A stretch of DNA of 38,585 nt from NCBI GenBank assembly GCA_045863855.1, contig BTVV01000054.1, positions 1 to 38,585 on the forward strand, read 5' to 3'. This DNA comes from Planctomycetota bacterium. Its GTDB lineage: Bacteria > Planctomycetota > SZUA-567 > H5-PLA8. The translations under genes and the position numbers were made by a program. Positions 9,560 through 18,324 of this stretch are shown here, in pieces (the first letter of the stretch is position 1; each line of letters starts with the position of its first letter). Under the pieces are notes generated by a model. That model was not told the origin of the DNA and did not search any database. It was given only the letters and a program-made list of their open reading frames with translations.

Positions 9560-9639
9560 GCTTCGTCTCCTTAATAAGGGGTTTCATGCTCTCGGCTGAG
9601 CTTCCGAGGGCAATCGGGAAGCGCCGGACTTTCCATCTA

Positions 9640-9720
9640 AGTCCTGAATAAAGCTTGGTTTACAGGTGAATCAATAATAATGATAGTCTTATTGCATTTA
9701 GAGTTAACATTTATTGGAGT
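9640..9720. promoter_or_regulatory. AT-rich divergent promoter region, with a weak Fur-box-like element at 9676-9694
   Basis: Strongly AT-rich island between divergent starts at 9559 (-) and 9761 (+). AATAATGATAGTCTTATTG matches 13 of 19 positions of GATAATGATAATCATTATC. Confidence 0.4.
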
Positions 9721-9760
9721 GCAGGTGTATGTAGCGCTGTACAGGGGGAGGGCTTCAGCC

Positions 9761-10045
9761 ATGTGGATCTGCTACTGCACACGCTGCGAATCGCGCGTCT
9801 CCCAGCCCGATGTCGCCATCGGACGTGCGCGAACCGTCGGTTGCGAACTGCTCTGCTTTGACTGCACCCAACTCCGTCCGAGTCCCAAGCCGCGCCCGTC
9901 CGCATGGCGGCGCGGCTCGGCCCTCCGCCGCCGCCGTGCCACGAAGGTTTCCATCGAACCGGCGCCGCGCCGCGCGTCGCGGATTTTCTTCTACTGCTTT
10001 CTCGCGGGCGCTTGCCTGGGTTACTTTCTGCCGCTGACTTGGTAG
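9761..10045 (+). CDS. Small 94-aa protein: N-terminal CxxC-x22-CxxC zinc ribbon, Arg-rich linker, C-terminal TM anchor
   Basis: GGGGAGG RBS before ATG 9761. YCTRCESRVSQPDVAIGRAR...LCFDC aligns with the N-terminus of 18325..21510. C-terminal hydrophobic IFFYCFLAGACLGYFLPLTW. Confidence 0.75.
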   Translation: MWICYCTRCESRVSQPDVAIGRARTVGCELLCFDCTQLRPSPKPRPSAWRRGSALRRRRATKVSIEPAPRRASRIFFYCFLAGACLGYFLPLTW

Positions 10046-10066
10046 CCCGACGCATTCGGAGCGCGC

Positions 10067-11200
10067 GTGGGGTTCTCGATGAGCTTTCTGATGTTGTCTG
10101 CCGCTGCGGCCGCCGGTGGGTCCGCGGCCGCTAGCGAGGCGAAGCCGGCGATGTGGACGGAACAGGATCGCGTGGTCTTTCTGGGCGATTCGATCACCGA
10201 CGGCGGCACCCTGCTGCTGCTGGTCGAACAAGCCTTGCGTCAAGCTGGCCGGCCCGTACCCGAGTTCGTGAACGCAGGAGTGGCCAGCGATACTGCCGCG
10301 ATGATGCGCGCGCGCCTTGACCGCGACGTATTCCCCTTCATGCCCACTTGGATTGTGCTTAGCGCCGGCGCCAACGACGTGGTGCGCAATGTCACGCCCG
10401 AAGCGTTCGCGTCGGAACTATCCGGCATTCTGGAAGCCGCGAAAGCGCACGAGGCCCAAGTCGTGTTGCTCACCACTACGATCGTCGGTCCTAAGTATGC
10501 GGCTAATGACCCCGTCCGCGCGCAGTATCACGAACGAATCCATGCGCTCGGACAATCCCTAGGCTGTCCGGTCGCGGAGGTACATGCTCGAATGTCCGCC
10601 GCACGCGATCGCGGCGAATCTGAACTGCTCAGCCCCGACGATATCCACCTCCACTTTTCCGGCTATCGCTGGATGGCGCGCGCCGTGCTCGATGCCGCTG
10701 GGTATGAGGAAGTGGCGGTTCCAGAGAAACTGACTTGTACGCCGTACCCCGGCCTCGTTCGCGAATGGCTCGTACGCATCGCGCCCGATCCCAAGCAGGG
10801 GCTTGATGCGGCCGGTGCTCAATCCTTGAAGCCGGACGAGAGTTGGAAATCGATCGAGCTTCCCATGCGTGCCGATCCCGAAAACTTTTGGTATGCGCAG
10901 GAACTCGAGCGCGGGGCCGCACTACTGGTTCCGGTCCTCGGCAATGCGCCTGGGTATCAGGCCGCGGCCATCTTCACGGCTCCCGAAGTCCGCACCGTGT
11001 ACCTGCACACGGGGGGCGACTTGCAAAGCGTATGGCTGAACGGAGTGAAGGTTTACCAGGCGGGCATCTGGCGCGGTTGGAAGCTGGGGCGCGAAAGCGC
11101 TCAGGTCGAACTGCGTGCAGGCGCGAATACGCTGCTCATCGAGACGGGTCCCGTATTCATCCTGACGCTGCATCCCCAACGCAATCCGCTCCGGCCTTAG
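10067..11200 (+). CDS. Secreted SGNH/GDSL esterase with C-terminal beta-sandwich domain
   Basis: Block I VVFLGDSITD, block II NAGVASD, block III GANDV, block V DDIH. C-terminal VWLNGVKVY...VELRAGANTLLIE. Confidence 0.9.
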   Translation: MGFSMSFLMLSAAAAAGGSAAASEAKPAMWTEQDRVVFLGDSITDGGTLLLLVEQALRQAGRPVPEFVNAGVASDTAAMMRARLDRDVFPFMPTWIVLSAGANDVVRNVTPEAFASELSGILEAAKAHEAQVVLLTTTIVGPKYAANDPVRAQYHERIHALGQSLGCPVAEVHARMSAARDRGESELLSPDDIHLHFSGYRWMARAVLDAAGYEEVAVPEKLTCTPYPGLVREWLVRIAPDPKQGLDAAGAQSLKPDESWKSIELPMRADPENFWYAQELERGAALLVPVLGNAPGYQAAAIFTAPEVRTVYLHTGGDLQSVWLNGVKVYQAGIWRGWKLGRESAQVELRAGANTLLIETGPVFILTLHPQRNPLRP

Positions 11201-11298
11201 CCCTGAGGTCCCCCTCGCCTGTGGACGTTAACGGCGGTACGCTTGAGCCCTATTCCAAGGAAGGGTAGACTGTCCCCGTACCCGACTCCGGAGCGCCT

Positions 11299-12573
11299 AT
11301 GCCACCTCGCATTCAATTCCTGACGTTCGCTTTTCTGCTCGGATTGGCCGCACAAGGCGCCGAAGACGCTCCGGCCGCGCCCCGCATAGACAGCATCGAA
11401 TTGGATGCGCCGCAGCCTTGGAAAAAAAATCCGGATGTGATCTGGTACGACGACTTCGACGGCGACGAAGCGACGCAGCAATCGTATCACGAGTACGGCT
11501 CGCGCCACGCGGAGAACGTACGGGTGGACGCGGAGCGTTTGGGTGCATCCGGGAAATCGTTACGGATTCATTATCCGAAAGGCTCCCAAGGCATCGGCGG
11601 CCGGAAGCTGACCTTTGGCGATTGCCCCTTTGGACCCCCACTGAGAAAGGGAGAAAAATTCGAGGAGCTGTACTGGCGCATTTACGTCAAGCATCCCGCG
11701 AATTGGACCGGTGGCGGCCCGGATAAAATGAGCCGCTGCACGAGTTTTTCGTCAGCTAAGTGGACGCAGGCCATGATCGGGCACGTCTGGTCCAGCGGAG
11801 AAGCGCTCACGTTGGACCCGGCCTCGGGCATCAAGGACGGCCGTGTGGTGACCACCAAATACAACGATTTCCCGAACCTGAAATGGTTGGGCAATAAACC
11901 CGCCAGCCCGTTCCTGCTCCATGCAGCTGACCAGGCCGGACGCTGGGTCTGCGTCGAAGCCCACGTGAAGCTGAATACGCCCGGCCAGAAAGATGGCGTC
12001 ATGCGGCTTTGGGTGGATGGTTTCCTGCAGTGCGATCGCAAGGCGCTCGATTGGCGCGGAACGTACACCGAGCACGGCATCAATGCGGTTTTTCTCGAGG
12101 CGTACTGGAATAAGGGCAGCCCTGTGGATCAAACGCGCTGGTACGACGATTTCGTCGTCAGCACGAAGCCGATTGGGCCGCTCGTGACCTCGAGCCACCC
12201 GGTGCTGCGCCGGACTCCGTACGTCGGTCCTGAAGGATCGAAGCCGGGCGTTTGGGAAGCACAGGTCGCAGAGAAGGTAGAAGCTGCCGCGGAAGGCGCG
12301 GAACAAATCTTCAAGCGCTTGCCCGACGAATGGGGGCACCAAAAGGGCGAGGACGTTTGGCTGCGCACGGTTTGGAGTTCCAAGCCGGTTGGCGCAGGGG
12401 TCGCGACGGTTGCGGTCTCGTCAGAGAACGGATCCTTTTCCGGTGCGCTCGCGAAGGAATCTCAGCTTCAAGCGGGCGGAATCTACTGGGTACGCTGCCG
12501 GCAGCAGAACGGCCAAGGGCGCTGGAGCGGTTGGAGCGACTGGCATCAACCAATGCGCATCGAAAGGCCCTAA
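11299..12573 (+). CDS. Secreted polysaccharide-lyase-like (PL14-like/concanavalin jelly-roll) protein with C-terminal FN3-like domain
   Basis: Signal peptide. Motifs VIWYDDFD, GKSLRIHYPKG, ELYWRIYVK, GRWVCVEAHVKLNTPGQKDGVMRLWVDG, WYDDFVVST. C-terminal YWVRCRQ...GRWSGWSDW. Confidence 0.7.
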   Translation: MPPRIQFLTFAFLLGLAAQGAEDAPAAPRIDSIELDAPQPWKKNPDVIWYDDFDGDEATQQSYHEYGSRHAENVRVDAERLGASGKSLRIHYPKGSQGIGGRKLTFGDCPFGPPLRKGEKFEELYWRIYVKHPANWTGGGPDKMSRCTSFSSAKWTQAMIGHVWSSGEALTLDPASGIKDGRVVTTKYNDFPNLKWLGNKPASPFLLHAADQAGRWVCVEAHVKLNTPGQKDGVMRLWVDGFLQCDRKALDWRGTYTEHGINAVFLEAYWNKGSPVDQTRWYDDFVVSTKPIGPLVTSSHPVLRRTPYVGPEGSKPGVWEAQVAEKVEAAAEGAEQIFKRLPDEWGHQKGEDVWLRTVWSSKPVGAGVATVAVSSENGSFSGALAKESQLQAGGIYWVRCRQQNGQGRWSGWSDWHQPMRIERP

Positions 12574-12609
12574 TCAATGCGGGGTTGAAGCCTCACGCGT
12601 CCTTGAAAA

Positions 12610-12649
12610 GTAACGCAGGTTACATCGAGAGCGCTTTTATTAGCTAATA
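12610..12649. promoter_or_regulatory. Two palindromic candidate operators upstream of the heparinase-like gene
   Basis: GTAAC-GCAG-GTTAC at 12610-12623 and a perfect 12-bp palindrome TATTAGCTAATA at 12638-12649, both in an AT-rich intergenic region. Confidence 0.35.
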
Positions 12650-12734
12650 TTGGCTCGTTTCCTCCACGAATTTTGGTGTATCTCAAAAGACCGCCCGAAG
12701 CGTGCGGCTGGGTGGGATATCGGGAGCCGAGTCC

Positions 12735-14825
12735 ATGAATCATTCGACCGTGTGCTTATGTGGTCTGCTGGCCATGTTCATTAGCTGCGCAAGCTTTGCG
12801 GGGGAGGACGTGACGCCGGCAAGCGATCCCGCGCCGGAATTCAAGGTGGACCTCGTTCCGAACTGGCGCAACAAGCACCCGCGGCTGCTCTTTGGAAAAG
12901 AGGATATTCCGCGCATGCAAGCCTTTGCTAAAGGGGAGGGTGCGGCGCGCTTCGCGGAGTTGGAGAAATATTTCAAGAGTTGCCGGGCGCCAGAGGGTAC
13001 GCCCGATTTCCTTAAGGATGCGACGGACGGTCAGCGTCACGGACTTTGGAAAGCGCCGACGGTGGGCATGTATTACCTGCTCACGGGCGACAAGAAGGCA
13101 CTCGCCATCGGCATCGACTACATGAAGCTGTTCCTGAGGCTGGACCACTGGGAACTGGGCGCCGAATTGGATTCCGGCATGAGCAGCGCCAATGTCGCGA
13201 TCGGCGCGGCCTTGCTTTACGACTGGTTGTACGATGAGTTGGAGCCCGAATTTCGCGCGCAGTATCGCGATAAATTGTTGCTGATGGCGCGGCGCCAATA
13301 CCACCTCGGGCACTTGAATAAAGCGAAAAGTATCGGCTACTGGCAGGGCGATCCGCAGAACAATCACCGTTGGCACCGAAATGCCGGCCTCGCTTTGTGC
13401 GCGCTGGCGGCGGCGGATATGGAAAAGACCGATGACGATTGGATCCTAGCCAAACTCAAGGAAGAGCTGGATTTCGTCGCGAATTATTTGCCTGAAGACG
13501 GAACCTGCCACGAGTCTTCCAGCTATATGATCTTCGGCGGAGCGCATCTTACGCTGGCGATGCAAGCGGCTTCGCGTTGCCTGGGCGCCGACTACTTGAA
13601 GAATCCGTTCTTTAAGAACCAAGCGCTCTTTCGCATGCATGTGCTCTTGCCGGGACTGACCGATTCCTTTCACTACGGCGACTCGGGCGGGATCGGCGCA
13701 TACAACAATTACCTATATCAATGCGCGGCCCAGAATGGGCTTAAGGACATTCAAGCCGGACTCCTGGAGACGGATAAGCGCAACGAAGGCGCCTTCTGGG
13801 TGCGCTGGTTCGATTTCGTCTGGCTCGATCCCGAATTGAAGGGGGGCTCTTACGCCCAATTACATACGACCGCCTTCTGGCCGGATTTGGGCATGACTCA
13901 CATGCGGGACGGCTGGGAGAAGGACAATGTCGGCGCCATGTTCAAGTGCGGTCCGTTCGGAGGCATTCGGCTGAACGAATACCGTAACGAGCACAACTTC
14001 AAGTATGTCAACGTGGCCCACGACGACCCCGACGCCAATTCGTTCTTGATTTACACGGGCGGAGAATTGGTTGCCGAGACAAGCCGTTATTCAAAGCACA
14101 AACGCAGCGCCAATCACAACACGATCCTCGTGAACGGCACGGGCCAGATGGCCGTAGGTCGTCCGGAAGGCGGGGTCTGGTCGCAGCCCGCCACCGGGCA
14201 GGTGGACATGCTGAAGATGGCTCAGATTACCGCCTTCAAAGATGCCGGCGATCTGGTGATCACCGAAGGCGAGGCCGCAGGATCGTATCTGGCCACCAAA
14301 GACCGGCCCAAGCTTGAGCGGTTCCGTAGAACTTTCATTTGGGCGAAGGGCCGTTATCTGCTGGTGCTCGACGACATTCGTGCCGCCGAGGAAGCCGAGT
14401 TGACCTGGCTGATGCAGAGCCAAGCGGTTGCCGAGCGCGAAGCAGGCGCGCATGTGTACGCTCTGGAGAAGAAAGTCGCGAGCTGCGAATTTCAAGTGGC
14501 AGCGGATAAGCCTTTGACCGCAAAGGTGGTGGATTCGACGGCCGACGGTCGTGGCAAACCGCTTGGCTGGAAGCAACTTCAGCTTTCGGCGAAGACTCAG
14601 CAGATCCGGATCGCGAGCGTGTTCGATCCATGGAAACGAGGCGGCGTACACATCGCCTTGGCCGCGCCTTCCGGCGAAGCCGCAAACGTCACCGTGAAGG
14701 GCCCGGACTTCGAAGATGTTTGGACGTGGCCTTCCGCCGCTCCCGGCACACCGACAGCGCTGGTCGGCAAGGTCAAAGAGGCCACGATCTCCCTGGAGCC
14801 TCAAGACGCGCCGCCGGTGAAGTAA
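12735..14825 (+). CDS. Secreted heparinase II/III-like (alpha/alpha toroid plus beta-sandwich) polysaccharide lyase
   Basis: Motifs HPRLLF, YDWLYDEL, QNNHRW, DGTCHESSSY, MRDGW, FKCGP, HDDPDANSFLIY, HNTILVNG, FRRTFI. ATG 12735 has a GGGAG RBS and a signal peptide. Confidence 0.85.
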   Translation: MNHSTVCLCGLLAMFISCASFAGEDVTPASDPAPEFKVDLVPNWRNKHPRLLFGKEDIPRMQAFAKGEGAARFAELEKYFKSCRAPEGTPDFLKDATDGQRHGLWKAPTVGMYYLLTGDKKALAIGIDYMKLFLRLDHWELGAELDSGMSSANVAIGAALLYDWLYDELEPEFRAQYRDKLLLMARRQYHLGHLNKAKSIGYWQGDPQNNHRWHRNAGLALCALAAADMEKTDDDWILAKLKEELDFVANYLPEDGTCHESSSYMIFGGAHLTLAMQAASRCLGADYLKNPFFKNQALFRMHVLLPGLTDSFHYGDSGGIGAYNNYLYQCAAQNGLKDIQAGLLETDKRNEGAFWVRWFDFVWLDPELKGGSYAQLHTTAFWPDLGMTHMRDGWEKDNVGAMFKCGPFGGIRLNEYRNEHNFKYVNVAHDDPDANSFLIYTGGELVAETSRYSKHKRSANHNTILVNGTGQMAVGRPEGGVWSQPATGQVDMLKMAQITAFKDAGDLVITEGEAAGSYLATKDRPKLERFRRTFIWAKGRYLLVLDDIRAAEEAELTWLMQSQAVAEREAGAHVYALEKKVASCEFQVAADKPLTAKVVDSTADGRGKPLGWKQLQLSAKTQQIRIASVFDPWKRGGVHIALAAPSGEAANVTVKGPDFEDVWTWPSAAPGTPTALVGKVKEATISLEPQDAPPVK

Positions 14826-14929
14826 CCGGTTGCGCAGACGCTTAACGCGCCGCGCTGGCGCTCATTCTGGGTGGTGCATACTTCAGTACGCGCTTGGGTC
14901 ATGGATTTCCGACCGGGTCCATGCGCGCT

Positions 14930-16978
14930 TCATGCTTGGATCGTGCTCGGGAGACTGGAACAATCGGTGACGGCGTAAGTGTGGCACGCCTGGAGCGCGT
15001 AGCGTTCGGACTTAGGCAGCTCCCGTTCGGTTGTGAGGTCGAACACCTTTCCCGGAAGCGAAAGGGAGCGGTTCGCGAAGTTCCAGACCGTTGCGCGCTT
15101 ACCCTCGCGGTCGTGCCAGACCACCGAGAGATCGTCCTCCTGCAAGTAGCGCCGTTGCATGAACGGATAGTTGCGGTTGTAGTCGGCCAGCGCCTGCTTA
15201 TGCGCGTCGGTCCAGATCGTATCGATGCGCTTCTTGTCCACGAAAAGCCGCAAGCTGGGATCGGTCATATGGCCGAGGATGTAATATAGCCTCCCCGCTT
15301 CTTCGGCCGTGGCGGGATGAACTTCCTGCCCCGAAGGTACGGTCGTGTATCCGGTGCCCAGCCCGACTTTGTAGCACGCGAAGAGGTTCTCCACGTTATA
15401 GCTGCGCGGGCAGCCGTGCTGCACCAGACCGAATGGGCCGAACGATTCGATCAGGAAGTGCACGCCCTCGTCTTGCAATTCCTTAAACGACTGGACCAAC
15501 TCGCGCCACATCGTTCGCGGCTGCAGGTTTGCGTAATCGATCGGCATGAAGCCGAGATTGTAGAAACTGTCGAAGAGGTATCCGCGCAGCCCCGCTGCTT
15601 CTTTGTTCTTCTTGAGACTATCGATCCAGTTGCGCCGCGCACCTTCGTGCCGGAAGCTCCAGACACTCATGCAGCCCATGTACGCACCGCCGTATTTTTG
15701 GCGCGTATCTTCCAGCAATACGTACCAGTTGTCGCCGTGCGCGCGTTCGTTTCGGTTCAGCGGGCTCGACAAGGCCTGGTCGTTGTTGGTCCAGGAGTAT
15801 ACGAAGATCCCGGCCGCGTCGCAGTCTTCGATGAACCGCTTCAGCATCTGCGGTCCGCCGTTCTTGTCGTTGATTTCGTATTCGTGCCCGCAGCACATGT
15901 TCCAAGACCAATTCTTGTGCGGACTGCCTTCCGTTGCCGCATTGCGATTCATGTTGTCGATAAACAGGCCCTGCGCACCGATCGCCTTTGCCGCCGGAAG
16001 CAAGTCTTTGCGGTAGCTGTCTACCGTGAAGTTGTGCCAGTAGTTCTGCGAGAGGCGCGGCACCACCGGCTCTTCACGCAGACCGAACTCCGCCCGCGCG
16101 CGATCGTGAATCTCCTGGATCGCCCACGTCCAGAGGTTCTTCTGGTCGGTGACGGTTTTCGATTCCACGTTGAGCAGGATCGCTTTGGGAACGGTCGCGC
16201 ACTCCAGCGCCTGATCGAAGAGGTGCTTATCGAAGGTCTTTAGTTCGGATTTGCCCGGTTCGCGCTGTAGGAGCGTGCGGATCAGCCCGACTCGCGCGAA
16301 GACACCCAGCAGAGTCCGGTCTCCTTTGTATTGAAAGTCGAACGCCTGATGCGATGCCCAGCGCGGGAGATTGTGCGTCATCACCGGATTGTTTTTCGAC
16401 GCGTCGTCGCCGAAGAAGATCACTCCTTCCGTGGTCCAACTCGTCTCGGGTTCGAAAGCGACCACAGGCGCCGAGCACGAAGACTGCGAAACCACGGTCG
16501 CGCCCGCGATCTCGCCATCCAGTTCCCACGAGCTGCGGTCCATGAGGTAAAAGAGGGGAACGGTCTCGCTGCGGTACTCGTAGCGGTAGGCGAAGCCTTT
16601 GAAGCGCCGCCCGTTGAAGTTGTCCTCTGCGGGCGTCAGCACCAAGTCCAGATTTCCCGTTCCGGCTTCGGGTGTGCGGTCCCAATCCTGTGTATCGTGG
16701 ATTGGGTCGAAGCTATGATCGCGCATGAGCTTCACTGGGAGAGCCTGGAACTCCGCTTTGAGGCGAATGCGCACTTCGTCCGGCTTCTCGTCCACCCCTA
16801 GTAGTTTTAGTGCCGATAATTCGGCGCCCGTAAAGGATTGAGTGGCGACGCCCATCGGGAGCCGTCCCGAGCGTACCGCAACGCCGCTTAGCTCGATCCG
16901 TCCCAGCCCCAGGTAGCGTTCGCCTTCGGTCAGGATCTCGAAGCACTGGTCGCCCAACCGGTAGGTAGAACGTGTCAT
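14930..16978 (-). CDS. Putative cytoplasmic glycoside hydrolase (beta-sandwich plus TIM barrel), family unassigned
   Basis: Motifs GGPQMLKRFIEDCDAAGIFVYSW, ARRNWIDSLK...GLRGYLFDSF, FLIESFG. GAGGA RBS upstream of ATG. Divergent from a sugar-responsive regulator. Confidence 0.6.
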   Translation of the reverse strand: MTRSTYRLGDQCFEILTEGERYLGLGRIELSGVAVRSGRLPMGVATQSFTGAELSALKLLGVDEKPDEVRIRLKAEFQALPVKLMRDHSFDPIHDTQDWDRTPEAGTGNLDLVLTPAEDNFNGRRFKGFAYRYEYRSETVPLFYLMDRSSWELDGEIAGATVVSQSSCSAPVVAFEPETSWTTEGVIFFGDDASKNNPVMTHNLPRWASHQAFDFQYKGDRTLLGVFARVGLIRTLLQREPGKSELKTFDKHLFDQALECATVPKAILLNVESKTVTDQKNLWTWAIQEIHDRARAEFGLREEPVVPRLSQNYWHNFTVDSYRKDLLPAAKAIGAQGLFIDNMNRNAATEGSPHKNWSWNMCCGHEYEINDKNGGPQMLKRFIEDCDAAGIFVYSWTNNDQALSSPLNRNERAHGDNWYVLLEDTRQKYGGAYMGCMSVWSFRHEGARRNWIDSLKKNKEAAGLRGYLFDSFYNLGFMPIDYANLQPRTMWRELVQSFKELQDEGVHFLIESFGPFGLVQHGCPRSYNVENLFACYKVGLGTGYTTVPSGQEVHPATAEEAGRLYYILGHMTDPSLRLFVDKKRIDTIWTDAHKQALADYNRNYPFMQRRYLQEDDLSVVWHDREGKRATVWNFANRSLSLPGKVFDLTTERELPKSERYALQACHTYAVTDCSSLPSTIQA

Positions 16979-17088
16979 GGGGGGATCCTCATAAAAGAGC
17001 CGCCGCGGAGGTCGGCAAACCGCTCAAAGCAGTCCCGAACCGACCCTAGTTAAAATACAACCTAAACTATATAATGCTAACGTAATAG

Positions 17089-17120
17089 TTGACATTTTTC
17101 ATATTTCCAATAGCGTTACC
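17089..17120 (+). promoter_or_regulatory. Sigma70-type promoter of the regulator with overlapping candidate operator
   Basis: Perfect TTGACA at 17089-17094, 16-nt spacer, TAGCGT (TANNNT) at 17111-17116 overlapped by ATAGCGTTAC. A related ATGCTAACGTAAT lies at 17074-17086, within an AACTAT...ATAGTT inverted repeat. Confidence 0.55.
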
Positions 17121-17139
17121 TAATGTATAAGGAAGCCAG

Positions 17140-18243
17140 ATGGGGGGTAAGTCGATCGTGAGCACGTTGTATGATAAGGCCCGAGAGCACGTACTAAAAA
17201 GCATCACCTTGGGTAAGTATTCGCTGGGCGAAGTGCTCCCGCCAGCGGAGTTGCTGGCCACCAAACTCAGTTGCAGCACCGGCACCATTCGCAATGTGCT
17301 CACCGATTTGGCCCAGGAAGGCGTGCTTAAGCGCGTCCAGCGCAAGGGTACGGTGGTCGCGCGGCGGCCCAGCACCGGCCGGGTCTGCCTTTGGCTCTCC
17401 AACGATGCGCATACCAACTTGATCTACCAGGACGCGCTGTTGCGGACGCTGGTGGAGCAAGGGTATTGGGTGGACTTGGTGCCTACGGCGATGGGCCCGG
17501 AAGCCACGGCCATCCATTGCCGCAAATTGCTGAGCGATCCGGGCCAGTCCGATGCCCTCGTGCTGCTTTCGCCGCATCCCGAGATTCTTAAGGTGGCCGA
17601 GGAGTTCGCACCGCGCTTTCGCCGGCGCGCGCTCGTTCAGATCGACAATCGCAACCCGCTGCCCAACAGCCACCTCATCACGCTCAATCATCTGAAGGCT
17701 GCGAAGGATGTGGTCGAACACCTGCTCAAGCTGGGTCATCGCAAAATCGCCATCGTGGCCGGTCTTTCGCCGCGCGAAACGAGCTTTGCCGCCGAGGCGT
17801 CGGGGTATTGCCGCGACTTTATGGAAGTCGCCGGCGGCCAGGCGCTTCCATTCTATATTGGCGGGAATTCCAAAGACCTCCTGGTGAAGTGGATTCGCGA
17901 GGAAGGAGTGACAGCGTATTGGGGCATCACTGATCACGAAGTCATGCAGACCATCAACTTTCTCACCGCAGCGGGCTTGCGCGTTCCGGAAGACGTTTCG
18001 CTGATCGGGCGCAACGATACGCCTTGGGCGGTCGATTCCGTGCCCATGCTTACTTCAGTCTCCTTGAACCCCCAGGCAACAGCGGAGGCCTTGGTCGCTA
18101 GCCTGGAGCGCATGGCTTCCCACAATCCACCGATCGCGTTCGAATCCGTGACCAAAATCGATCCGATCCTGGTGGTTCGTGAATCCACCGGCTCGGCGCA
18201 AGGCGTTTCCAGCCGGCGGAGCGCACGCCGCCGCGCGGGCTGA
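17140..18243 (+). CDS. AraR-type transcriptional regulator (GntR winged-HTH plus LacI-type sugar-binding domain)
   Basis: N-terminal GKYSLGEVLPPAELLATKLSCSTGTIRNVLTDLAQEGVLKRVQRKGTVV. C-terminal HLLKLGHRKIA, GLRVPEDVSLIGRND, PMLTSV, LVVREST. Confidence 0.92.
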   Translation: MGGKSIVSTLYDKAREHVLKSITLGKYSLGEVLPPAELLATKLSCSTGTIRNVLTDLAQEGVLKRVQRKGTVVARRPSTGRVCLWLSNDAHTNLIYQDALLRTLVEQGYWVDLVPTAMGPEATAIHCRKLLSDPGQSDALVLLSPHPEILKVAEEFAPRFRRRALVQIDNRNPLPNSHLITLNHLKAAKDVVEHLLKLGHRKIAIVAGLSPRETSFAAEASGYCRDFMEVAGGQALPFYIGGNSKDLLVKWIREEGVTAYWGITDHEVMQTINFLTAAGLRVPEDVSLIGRNDTPWAVDSVPMLTSVSLNPQATAEALVASLERMASHNPPIAFESVTKIDPILVVRESTGSAQGVSSRRSARRRAG

Positions 18244-18324
18244 CTTGCCTTCACAAGTGCAGCTTGACGGTGTCCTTTCTCGAATCCCGAACTACGATGT
18301 AAGCGACTCGCTCGGGACCAGGCG

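Noticed and set aside
9327..9587. 86-aa ORF as an intact cytochrome c
   Set aside because: It has no signal peptide in that frame, the RBS points to a different frame, and homologous-looking sequence continues past the stop. It is better explained as a pseudogene fragment.
14822..14833. GTAACCGGTTGC near-palindrome resembling the operator motif
   Set aside because: It overlaps a stop codon between convergent genes, where an operator is not expected. Likely chance.
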